Source: Hyphomonadaceae bacterium UBA4763
GTDB lineage: Bacteria; Pseudomonadota; Alphaproteobacteria; Caulobacterales; Aquidulcibacteraceae
Direction of reading: 5' to 3'
DNA: 32,000 nucleotides
Assembly: GCA_002403455.1 (NCBI GenBank)
Contig: DHHV01000128.1
Location: 8,987-40,986 of the forward strand
Part shown: positions 1-7,783 of the stretch, piece by piece
Layout of the letters: each line of letters begins with the position of its first letter
Numbering within the stretch: position 1 is the first letter of the stretch
Made by a program: the position numbers and the translations under genes
The notes under the pieces: model-generated
What the model was told of the DNA's origin: nothing
The model's input: the letters and a program-made list of their open reading frames with translations, nothing else
Database searches by the model: none

Positions 1-1
1 G

Positions 2-556
2 CAGGCAATGGCGGCTGCCGAGCTCGCAATCATGGCGCAAGGCGGGGTTTTACAAAGCGATGTGGTGAACAATTGGCGCTATCCCGCCGACGGGATCGGC
101 GCGCCGGGCGCGCGGGACGACATTCGCGCCACGGTGGCGCTGGTCGGCTTTGGCGCGATGGAGCGGGTCGAAGCCTCCTATGTACGGGCGCAAAGCGATG
201 ATCGGGGCGAGACGTTCGCGGGCGATCGGCGCTATCGCTTGATGGTGCCGGCCGATGTGCCCGCTGACGCATTTTGGTCGCTGTCGATGTATGAGATTGA
301 TGCGGACGGGCGGTTGTTCTTTGCGGAAAACGCCATCGCTCGGTATTCCTTGGGCGATCGCACGCCGGGATTGGTGCGAGCGGCCAATGGCGCGGTCCTG
401 GTGATCATGCAAAGCGATCCCCCAGCCGAAGGCGCGGGCAATTGGTTGCCGACGCCGCGAGGACCCTTCGCGATCCTGTTCCGGCTTTACATTCCTCAGA
501 CGCGCTTTTTGCGCGGCGAATGGCGATTGCCCGCCGTTGAGCGGTTGGCGGCCTAA
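2..556 (+). CDS. DUF1214-domain protein, C-terminal portion (frame open to window edge; first ATG at 8)
   Basis: ORF track 8..556. The translation (FWSLSMYEIDADGRLF, GNWLPTPRGPFAILFRLYIP) fits my recollection of DUF1214 proteins. There is no stop between nt 2 and the ATG at 8, so the gene may continue upstream of the window. Confidence 0.6.
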   Translation, partial: QAMAAAELAIMAQGGVLQSDVVNNWRYPADGIGAPGARDDIRATVALVGFGAMERVEASYVRAQSDDRGETFAGDRRYRLMVPADVPADAFWSLSMYEIDADGRLFFAENAIARYSLGDRTPGLVRAANGAVLVIMQSDPPAEGAGNWLPTPRGPFAILFRLYIPQTRFLRGEWRLPAVERLAA

Positions 557-738
557 GCGGGTCGAGTGGCAGTCCGCTTCGTCCTGTGGCTCGCGCGTTA
601 TGCGTTAAGTCATTGAAATTTAGAAAGAGACGGAGATGATCTGGCGACGGGCGGGGTGTTGCCGATCGCACCGGCGACTAAGCTGCGCCTAAAATGCAAC
701 GCGTTTTCGCGACCTGCGCCCAGCACGACAAAAGGCTT

Positions 739-762
739 TGACGCAGGGTAAATCTTGCGTCA
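739..762. promoter_or_regulatory. Inverted repeat TGACGCA-N10-TGCGTCA upstream of the TonB-dependent receptor gene (operator or 5'-leader hairpin)
   Basis: Perfect 7-bp arms at 739-745 and 756-762 read directly from the sequence. TTGACG at 738-743 could double as a -35 element. Confidence 0.35.
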
Positions 763-776
763 GATTGTCGACAATC
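763..776. promoter_or_regulatory. Perfect 14-bp palindrome GATTGTCGACAATC; candidate GntR-family operator
   Basis: Perfect dyad with a GT..AC core about 37 nt upstream of ATG 813. The 12-nt core ATTGTCGACAAT recurs at 9062-9073 upstream of the operon that encodes the only GntR regulator in the window. Confidence 0.5.
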
Positions 777-812
777 CGAATAACGGAAAAATGATAATCG
801 GGAGGAAGCAAC

Positions 813-3098
813 ATGAAACACCGCAATTTCTGGGCGGGCGCGTCCATCTTGTGCCTGACGGCGCTGACCGCGACGGCCTGGGCGCAGCAAGGCCCGCCGC
901 AAACGGGATCGCAGCGGAGTGCGACACAACCCGCCGATGACGACCTCGTCTCCGACGAGATTGTGGTCAACGCGCGCAAGCGGGCCGAATCGCAAGCCGA
1001 GGCGCCGGTGTCGGTGTCGGTGCTGACGGCGGGCGCGCTGCAGGATTTCGTCATCGAAGACACCGACGATATCTTGCGACAGGCGCCGGGACTGACCTTG
1101 GTCAATGCCGGTCCGGCTTTTACCAATGAAATCTCAATCCGCGGTCAAGGCGGCGGCCGGGTCGGCTTTTCCGAGGCGGCGACCGGGATCTACCGGGACG
1201 GTCATTATATCGCTGGCGGTGGTTTTGGCGGGCGCAGCTTGTCGACGCTCGATCTCTATGACGTTCAAAACGTTGAAATTCTGCGCGGACCGCAAGGCGC
1301 ATTGTTTGGCCGCAATGCCGTCGGCGGGGCGATCAATGTCGTGACGCGTCGGCCGACCGATGAATGGGGCTTCTCGGGCGAATTTGGCTTTGACAATTTC
1401 GAGCGGTTGCAATTGCGCGGGACCGTTAATGCGCCGCTGACAGATACGCTGGCGCTGCGGGTCGGCGGCTTTTTCATCGATCAAAATGACGGGTTTATCA
1501 CCCAATTGTCGACCGGCGACGTTATTGACCAGCGCGGCGATAACGGTCTGCGCGCTCAGCTGCAATTTTCGCCCTCGGACCGCACAAACTTGCGCCTGAT
1601 TTTTGAGTTTCGCGATTCCTTTGACCCGAGCTTTTCGACTTTGGGTTTTCGGCCGTTTCGCGCCGCGATCCCGGGCCCTTTGGGCGGGTCGGTGCTCGAT
1701 CCCGAACAATTTGTGCGCAATTTAGATACGATCAGCCGCGTCGATATCCAAGAATATCAGGGCTTTGCCGAGTTTACGCACGAATTCCCGTGGGCGGTGC
1801 TGGAATTGCGCGCCAGCACGAAATTCCGCGACGGGATCCGGTCCGGCGATGATTTGGACCATTTTTTGGGCTTCCAAGGGGTTTCGTCGAGCTTCCCGCC
1901 AACCCCGCCCAATCCGCAGCCGATCAATCTGGTCGTGGTGCAGTCGGAAGACTTTGAACGGGCGGGCGGCGAGATATTGTTGCGCTCGCTCGATGACAAT
2001 GGCAGCCCGATCCATTGGTTATTTGGGGCCGAATACCAGTTCAACAGCTCGTCGGTGATCACCGACACCACCGGTTTTGCCGGTAATTTCGCTGGATTGC
2101 GGGCGCAATTGCGCACCGACAGCTCGAATGAAACGCTGAATTCATGGTCGGTCTATGGGTCGTTTGAATATGACTTTACGGATCGCTTGTCGGTCGGCAT
2201 CGAAACGCGCGTGCAAGGCGACAGCAAGGATTTCTTCTTCTTCCGCGTCGCCAATGCGCCGGCCTCCTTGTCGCCGCCGATCACCATCCCGGACGAGGAC
2301 CAGAGCTTTGTCCGCGTCACGCCGGCTTTTACGACGCGATTCTCGCTTACCGAAGACGTGTCGGTGTTCGGACGGGTGGCGACGGGCTTTCGCCCCGGCG
2401 GGTTTAACCTCGGCATTCCGCCGGACTTGCCGGTCGCGGATGCGGAAGACTTGTTGTTTTATGGGCCAGAATACGGCGTCTCGGCCGAGTTTGGCGTGAA
2501 GGCGAGTCTGTTTGACGGGCTGATCTATTTTGAAGGCGCGATTTTCAATCAGCGAACCTTCAATGTGCAGATTGTCACCCAACCTTCGGCGACCAACACA
2601 ACCTTCATTCTACAAAATGGCGGCGATTCCAATATTTGGGGGGTCGAATTACAGGCCAATACGCGCTTCAACCTGCTGGGCGGCACGATGACGATCGGGC
2701 TCGGCGCGTCGACCAATCAAGGTCAGTTCCTCAGCGGCACCGAAGCGCTGATAAATGGCGCCGTGGTCGATCTGAGCGGCAACCGCATCAATCGCACCCG
2801 CGACTTCATTGGGCAGGCCAATTTTGTCTATCGGCGGCGTCTGTTTGGGCCGTTGGATTGGTTCGTGACAGGGAATTTCCAAACCCAGCAAGGCGGATTT
2901 GAAGACGCGACCAATACCGACAATTTCGAGAGTTTCGAAGTGTTCGATTTTAGGGCCGGATTGAATACCGAGCACTGGAATTTGTCGTTCTTTGTGCAGA
3001 ACGCCACAAACCAGATTTATCGGATCCAGGAATTGTCGGCGAACGATTTCCTGAACACGCCGCGCAGTTATGGCTTACGTCTCTCCTTCAATTATTGA
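813..3098 (+). CDS. TonB-dependent outer-membrane receptor
   Basis: 761-aa ORF with signal peptide MKHRNFWAGASILCLTALTATAWA and a TonB-box-like DEIVVNARK. Plug-domain block ILRGPQGALFGRNAVGGAINVVTRRP; barrel terminus YGLRLSFNY. GGAGGAAG Shine-Dalgarno lies just upstream of the ATG. Confidence 0.9.
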   Translation: MKHRNFWAGASILCLTALTATAWAQQGPPQTGSQRSATQPADDDLVSDEIVVNARKRAESQAEAPVSVSVLTAGALQDFVIEDTDDILRQAPGLTLVNAGPAFTNEISIRGQGGGRVGFSEAATGIYRDGHYIAGGGFGGRSLSTLDLYDVQNVEILRGPQGALFGRNAVGGAINVVTRRPTDEWGFSGEFGFDNFERLQLRGTVNAPLTDTLALRVGGFFIDQNDGFITQLSTGDVIDQRGDNGLRAQLQFSPSDRTNLRLIFEFRDSFDPSFSTLGFRPFRAAIPGPLGGSVLDPEQFVRNLDTISRVDIQEYQGFAEFTHEFPWAVLELRASTKFRDGIRSGDDLDHFLGFQGVSSSFPPTPPNPQPINLVVVQSEDFERAGGEILLRSLDDNGSPIHWLFGAEYQFNSSSVITDTTGFAGNFAGLRAQLRTDSSNETLNSWSVYGSFEYDFTDRLSVGIETRVQGDSKDFFFFRVANAPASLSPPITIPDEDQSFVRVTPAFTTRFSLTEDVSVFGRVATGFRPGGFNLGIPPDLPVADAEDLLFYGPEYGVSAEFGVKASLFDGLIYFEGAIFNQRTFNVQIVTQPSATNTTFILQNGGDSNIWGVELQANTRFNLLGGTMTIGLGASTNQGQFLSGTEALINGAVVDLSGNRINRTRDFIGQANFVYRRRLFGPLDWFVTGNFQTQQGGFEDATNTDNFESFEVFDFRAGLNTEHWNLSFFVQNATNQIYRIQELSANDFLNTPRSYGLRLSFNY

Positions 3099-3130
3099 TA
3101 GTCAAGGCAATATTTTTATTCTCCCTCCTT

Positions 3131-3158
3131 GAGGCGGCCAATGGTCGCCTCTTTTTTT
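3131..3158 (+). terminator. Rho-independent terminator of the TonB-dependent receptor gene
   Basis: GAGGCGGCC-AAT-GGTCGCCTC forms a 9-bp stem (one G-U pair) followed by a run of 7 T. It starts about 30 nt after the stop at 3098. Confidence 0.8.
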
Positions 3159-3199
3159 GCGCGATGACGTCGGCAGAACATAGCTTGAGGCAACGCCTG

Positions 3200-3308
3200 G
3201 CGAATTGCGCGCTTCAAGGTAATCCAAGCGGACGAAGATGCGTTAGAATCTTGTTTTTGCGCATTTTCTTTGCGCGAACCGGTTCTCACTCCGCTTGAAA
3301 ATGCTCTA
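3200..3308. repeat. Copy A of a ~110-nt intergenic repeat (second copy at 11793-11902)
   Basis: Hand alignment of 3254-3308 against 11848-11902 gives 47/55 identities. The left part shares the blocks GCGAATT, TTCAAG and GAAGATGCG. Copy A contains the palindrome GAACCGGTTC and ends on the GntR stop codon (3306-3308). Confidence 0.7.
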
Positions 3309-4031
3309 TTTCTGGTCACGGACGATGCGCGACATCGTGAAATCGAACAGTTTTTCGATGGCGTCGCGGGCGCGATTGGCGTTGCCCGCGTCGATCGCGT
3401 CGGCAAGGCGGGTCCAACAGGCGGCATTGCGCACGCGATCGCGCTGGGTTGGAAAGCCGGCCGTCTGGAAGGCTTCATGACCAAAGGTGATCGAGCGAAC
3501 GATCTGCACGGTGCGCGGGGTGTCGGCGATGGTGATGAGGCCCTGAATGGCGCGGCGCACTTGCCGGGCGAAGGCCTCAGTATCGGCGCCGGCGGTGGCG
3601 AGCGCTTCGAGCTTGCGCGCTTCACCGATGAAATCGGCTTTGGCGGGGCTGTTCGGGGCTTGCGCGGCCTGCTGGGCCATCAGCCCGGCCAAAGCGCGGC
3701 GGATCAAGAACACCTCATAGAATTGGGCGTCATTGACGGTGGCGACGCGCGCGCCGCGCATCGGTTCGATCACCACCATGCCTTGGCTTTCCAAGATGCG
3801 CAGCGCCTCGCGCACCGGCGCGCGCGAGCAGCCAAAAGCGCGGGCGAGCTCTTGCTCGCGCAAGGGCGCGCCGGGGGCGTAGCGGCCGCGCTCGATGTCG
3901 CGCGAGGTGGCGCGCGCAATGCCAAGCGCTGAGACCCGCGCATCGGGCGTGCGGAGTTTGACGACTTTTGGATCGGGCTTTGGCGCGCCGTCGGGTTGAT
4001 CTTGCGTGGGGGAGGCTATGCCAGAAGTCAT
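3306..4031 (-). CDS. GntR-family transcriptional regulator (FadR/FCD-type C-terminal domain)
   Basis: 241-aa ORF. The winged-helix block REQELARAFGCSRAPVREALRILESQGMVVIEPMRGARV is typical of GntR regulators, and the C-terminal half is helical. The ATG overlaps the upstream stop (ATGA at 4028-4031). Confidence 0.85.
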   Translation of the reverse strand: MTSGIASPTQDQPDGAPKPDPKVVKLRTPDARVSALGIARATSRDIERGRYAPGAPLREQELARAFGCSRAPVREALRILESQGMVVIEPMRGARVATVNDAQFYEVFLIRRALAGLMAQQAAQAPNSPAKADFIGEARKLEALATAGADTEAFARQVRRAIQGLITIADTPRTVQIVRSITFGHEAFQTAGFPTQRDRVRNAACWTRLADAIDAGNANRARDAIEKLFDFTMSRIVRDQK

Positions 4032-5476
4032 TGATCGCCAGGGGTTTGGGGGAGGGGCGGACGCAGGCGATACAAGCCTTGCACCCGCGTTGCGTAAAAC
4101 AGGGAGCCATCGCCGAACGGGGTCAATGTCAACCCAAAATTGCGAGGCAAACCCGACAGATGCGTGAGTTCGACGCCATCGGCGGCGCGCAACCAGCGCG
4201 CGGTCTCGGTCCGGTGGGTCGGCGCGCCGAGCCGATCAATTGGCGCCTCGCCAATGTCGCTGGCGACCAGCACGCGGTTGGCTCGATCGCCCATCAGCGT
4301 CACGAAGGACCCGGTCCGCAAGGGGCGGCGCCAGACGGCGCGCAATTGCCCGCCGGCAAGCTCGAGCGCAGCGAGGCCGCCATAGGCTTCGGCCGAATAG
4401 AGCCGGCCGTTGATCGCATCGGTCGATACTTTCGACGGCATGAATGACCATAGCTGGCCAAGATCGGCGAAGGGCGCGATGCGATAGACGTCGCGCGCAT
4501 CGGCTTGCGCAATGACGGTGACGCGCATCGGCGCGGCCGTCGGCAACGCATTGTTCTGCACCGCGACGTAATCGCCAAAGCCGACGACGGCGGTGCCGGG
4601 GGTTTCCGCGCCGTCGCGATAGGCGACCGGCCCCCAGGCGGGGTCTAAGGTCAATCGGCGGCCGTCATAGATCATCCGATGAACGGCGTTGGCGCCGGCC
4701 AGATAGACATATTCCCTGCCGGCAAAGCGCGTGCTGCTGACACGGCCGCCGATCAATTCGGGCGCAACGCCCTCCCAGATGATCGACAGGTCGCTCGGAT
4801 CGATCAGCGCCAAAGCCGAGGCGGGCAAGCCATCCACACCGCATTCGATGAAAGCGCGAAAGCCTTGCACCGGGCAATCAGGCTGGCGGTGATGGGATTT
4901 GGCAAGGATCATGCCGTCGGAGAGGACGATAAAGCCGTTATAGGTGCTGTGAAGGAGGCCATTCGGGGCGGGGAGGTCGCGCAGCGCCAGCACCGCACCG
5001 CTCTCGGGATCAAGTTTGGCGAGCCGCGCGGCATAGGCAACGAACACCGCCCCTGAGGCGTGCACGCCCAGCCCGCCGGGATAATTCCACAAACCGGGGT
5101 CGTCGCGCATCGGTAAATCCACGCGCCAAACTTCGCGCATGGTCTCTGGGTCGAAGCGGCTGATCGCCGGACCGCGCACGCCGGGCGCTTCGGCGATGAC
5201 GCCGTGCAGGGCAAAGCCGCGACCTTGCGCGTCGAACGCCGCTGCCCATAGGCCGGGCATCGTGGGGATTGTCGCGATTGGCTCTTCGCCTCGCGTCGAA
5301 AAACGCGGCGCCACGCCGTCGAACAGGCTGGTGCGGGAGGATTGCGCATGCTCAAACGCGCCGATGGCGGGGGCCCAATCGCGTGGATCGCGATTCTGGG
5401 TCGGCGTGCTGGCGCAGGCGCCGAGCGCCAGCAGCGGCGCGGTGTGGATCAGGTTCCGACGGGTCCAGTCAGCCAT
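4028..5476 (-). CDS. Exported lipoprotein with PQQ-like beta-propeller-type repeats, function unknown
   Basis: Start placed at Met38 of ORF 4028..5587, giving MADWTRRNLIHTAPLLALGAC (RR motif plus lipobox LGAC). Blade-like segments recur: RFDPETMREVWRVDL, LAKLDPESGAVLALRDL, LALIDPSDLSIIWEGV, LAGGQLRAVWRR. This ATG overlaps the upstream stop (ATGGCTGA at 5469-5476). Confidence 0.7.
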   Translation of the reverse strand: MADWTRRNLIHTAPLLALGACASTPTQNRDPRDWAPAIGAFEHAQSSRTSLFDGVAPRFSTRGEEPIATIPTMPGLWAAAFDAQGRGFALHGVIAEAPGVRGPAISRFDPETMREVWRVDLPMRDDPGLWNYPGGLGVHASGAVFVAYAARLAKLDPESGAVLALRDLPAPNGLLHSTYNGFIVLSDGMILAKSHHRQPDCPVQGFRAFIECGVDGLPASALALIDPSDLSIIWEGVAPELIGGRVSSTRFAGREYVYLAGANAVHRMIYDGRRLTLDPAWGPVAYRDGAETPGTAVVGFGDYVAVQNNALPTAAPMRVTVIAQADARDVYRIAPFADLGQLWSFMPSKVSTDAINGRLYSAEAYGGLAALELAGGQLRAVWRRPLRTGSFVTLMGDRANRVLVASDIGEAPIDRLGAPTHRTETARWLRAADGVELTHLSGLPRNFGLTLTPFGDGSLFYATRVQGLYRLRPPLPQTPGDQ

Positions 5477-7121
5477 GGGGTGGCCTGATTTCAAGGGTTT
5501 CGTAGGGCTCCAAGGTGGCGATGGCGGCGATCGGATCGGGCTCGCGCCAGGCGAACAGGCGCACGATAATCCGGTCGCGCTCGACATCGATTAAGGTAAA
5601 GCCGTTTTTCTCCAGCACCGGCCCATTTTGGTCGAGCGACATGCCGGCCGGGGCTTGCGGCAACGTGCCGCGCGCAAAAGTCGGCCAGCCGGCGCCGGAG
5701 GTTGAAATGGGCCCCGACAAAACTGTTCGCACCGGATTGGCCGAGAGGTCGAGATCGCCGCTTTGGCGCATCGCGCCCCAGCCGATGGCGTGCAAATCGC
5801 CGGACAACATCAGCGCAGCGCGCTGTTTTTGGGCGGAGAGAGCTTGGACAAGGCGCTGGTGCTGGGCATGCCAGCCGCGCTGCCAGAAGAATTTGGCGCG
5901 CTGATTGGTCAGGCGCAGATTGGCGTCGGCGGCGCCATGCGTGCTGACCACGACGTCGCCATCGCCGGGAGCGGCGACAACATCCGGATACCATTCACGC
6001 CATTTGCCGGCCGACCAGCCCATCGGATGCGAGGGGATATGGGCGAAATGGCGGGTGTCCTCGGTGCGCGTGCGGGCGAGCAGCCAGGCTTCGACCTCGG
6101 GCGGGACCAGGCCGGCATGATCGCCCTTCAGGGTCAAATAGCCGCCGCAATCATAAAGCGCCGCTTCAAACAATTTGCCAAAACGGAGGCTGCCGAAACA
6201 AGTCGAGACGGCGCCCTCGCTGAAATCAACGCCGGACAGGCCGACGGGGCGGGTCGGATCGGGCAGAAATTCGGGGTAATAGAGCCGCTGCAGCGCATTG
6301 GCGGCGCGAATCTGGAAATCATCGGGCGGAAAGGTGACGAAATCGGCGGTGGCGTCGTCGTTTTCGAAATAATCATGGTCGTCGCGGACAAAAAAGCTGG
6401 GGGTCGAGCGCAGGCGCACGCCGTAAAGCTCGGCGATCTGCGGGTCAGCAAGCCGCTTCAACAGGTCTTCATTGGCGCCGCCAATGACGCTTTGCACGCG
6501 ATCGAAATACCCGAACCGGTCATAGGCCTCGCGGGACAAGCGTCGGATCTCGGCATTGGGATGTTCGAGCCAGGCGCGCTGGTCCCAATAAATATGGTCG
6601 CCATTGGCGATGACGGCGTCAGGCGCGAAAGACAGCCCGCGATCGAGCAGCATTTGGCGAATGGCCAAGGGGCGGAAGGCTTCGATCCCGCGCACGCTCT
6701 TGGCGCCTTCCAGGCCGCCGGCGCAAGTGAAGGACAACAGCCGAAAGCGTTGGACCTCGGCATCGGGGGCAGGGAAGGTGCGCAGCGGCCATGGATCACA
6801 AAGGGCGCGGCGGCCCTCTTTCAACTCCAGGCGATAGGTCTGCGCCGGAGCGAGGCCATCGATCTGGAAGCGCCAAAAGCGACCCTCAACGTCGCTGCGC
6901 GCGGCTTTGGCCGGAGCGTCATCGACCAGCAGGCGAACATTTTCGGTCGGACGGGAGAGCGAAATCTTGATCCGAAAGGCGCTGGCGGAGACGGTCGGCG
7001 CGATATGGCGCACCACGCCTGGCGACCAATCGGCGGTGCGCGCCAAAGGGATCAGCAAGGGTGAGAGTGCAGCGGCGCTGGCCGCTCCGGCGATGACGCT
7101 GCGGCGATCGGGGGCGGTCAT
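5469..7121 (-). CDS. PhoD-like metallophosphoesterase with twin-arginine signal
   Basis: Metallophosphoesterase motifs GDHIYWDQ, RDDHDYFENDD and SGDLHA. N-terminal PDRRSVIAGAASAAAL is a Tat-type signal, followed by a PhoD_N-like beta domain (YRLELKEG..LRTFPAP). Start at Met17 (7121) gives an ATGA overlap with the upstream gene; the alternative ATG is at 7169. Confidence 0.8.
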   Translation of the reverse strand: MTAPDRRSVIAGAASAAALSPLLIPLARTADWSPGVVRHIAPTVSASAFRIKISLSRPTENVRLLVDDAPAKAARSDVEGRFWRFQIDGLAPAQTYRLELKEGRRALCDPWPLRTFPAPDAEVQRFRLLSFTCAGGLEGAKSVRGIEAFRPLAIRQMLLDRGLSFAPDAVIANGDHIYWDQRAWLEHPNAEIRRLSREAYDRFGYFDRVQSVIGGANEDLLKRLADPQIAELYGVRLRSTPSFFVRDDHDYFENDDATADFVTFPPDDFQIRAANALQRLYYPEFLPDPTRPVGLSGVDFSEGAVSTCFGSLRFGKLFEAALYDCGGYLTLKGDHAGLVPPEVEAWLLARTRTEDTRHFAHIPSHPMGWSAGKWREWYPDVVAAPGDGDVVVSTHGAADANLRLTNQRAKFFWQRGWHAQHQRLVQALSAQKQRAALMLSGDLHAIGWGAMRQSGDLDLSANPVRTVLSGPISTSGAGWPTFARGTLPQAPAGMSLDQNGPVLEKNGFTLIDVERDRIIVRLFAWREPDPIAAIATLEPYETLEIRPPHG

Positions 7122-7783
7122 TTCGCGATCGCTTCGCGGCGGCGAAGTCCTTTTTGCGCCATTCGCCATTGCAGCATGTCAAAGCGGTCTTGGCCGAAGA
7201 ACGGCTCGCCCTCAAAGACCATCAGCGGCACGCCCCAATGGCCGGCCGCATCCAATTGGCGCTGATTGTCTTGGATCGCGTCTTCGTAAGGGGCTGGGTT
7301 CGCGGCGATCGCCGCATCCAGCGCATCTAGGTCAAGCCCGGCGCGGGCGGCGGCGTCGTGCAAATGCGCGCCCTCGGTCCAATTGGCGATTGCAGGCGAC
7401 CACAAAACCTTACTGACCTCGTGGAGGAAGGCAAGGCCCTGGCCCTGTTCGGCGGCGGCTTGGCCAAGCCGCGTCAGCCGGTGGATATAGGGTTGTTCAG
7501 CCAAATAATGGCCCGTTTGCGGGTCGGAGGCGACCGGATCAGGGCGCGGCCAAGCGAGCTCCATCCCCAAATATTCGGCCGATCGGACCATGTCGCGGAT
7601 GAAATAGCTGACCCAATGCGGGTGGCGGCTTTCGATGAATTCGGGCGCGCGAATGGCGGTCGGGTAAACGACCCGCACCTCGCAGGCGACGTCAAACGCG
7701 CGCTCAAAGGCGATCAGGCGCGGCGTCACCAAATACGAATAAGGCGAGCGGAACGACCAATAAAGCTGAAACTTCAGAGTCAT
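7118..7783 (-). CDS. DsbA-like thioredoxin-fold protein, 2-hydroxychromene-2-carboxylate isomerase family (cytoplasmic)
   Basis: 221 aa. The N-terminal YWSFRSPYSYLV motif is characteristic of HCCA-isomerase/DsbA-like proteins, and GVPLMVFEGEPFFGQDRFDML lies near the C-terminus. No signal peptide. AAGGAGG sits 7 nt upstream of an ATG that overlaps the upstream stop (ATGA at 7780-7783). Confidence 0.8.
   Translation of the reverse strand: MTLKFQLYWSFRSPYSYLVTPRLIAFERAFDVACEVRVVYPTAIRAPEFIESRHPHWVSYFIRDMVRSAEYLGMELAWPRPDPVASDPQTGHYLAEQPYIHRLTRLGQAAAEQGQGLAFLHEVSKVLWSPAIANWTEGAHLHDAAARAGLDLDALDAAIAANPAPYEDAIQDNQRQLDAAGHWGVPLMVFEGEPFFGQDRFDMLQWRMAQKGLRRREAIAK

Noticed and set aside
557-812. Cobalamin or other riboswitch in the 256-nt region upstream of the TonB-dependent receptor.
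   Set aside because: I see no B12-box-like sequence (GCCACTG context) on the plus strand and no extended conserved-looking multi-stem structure. I see only the two short dyads reported separately.
5763-7064. Long plus-strand ORF (433 aa) antisense to the PhoD-like gene. Similar long antisense ORFs lie at 12074..13360 (428 aa), 12501..13445, 16552..17976 (474 aa) and 25338..26177.
   Set aside because: Long open antisense frames are a typical high-GC artefact. Their translations are Arg/Ala/Gly/Pro-rich and low-complexity with no recognisable motifs. The opposite strand encodes proteins with clear family signatures across the same coordinates.
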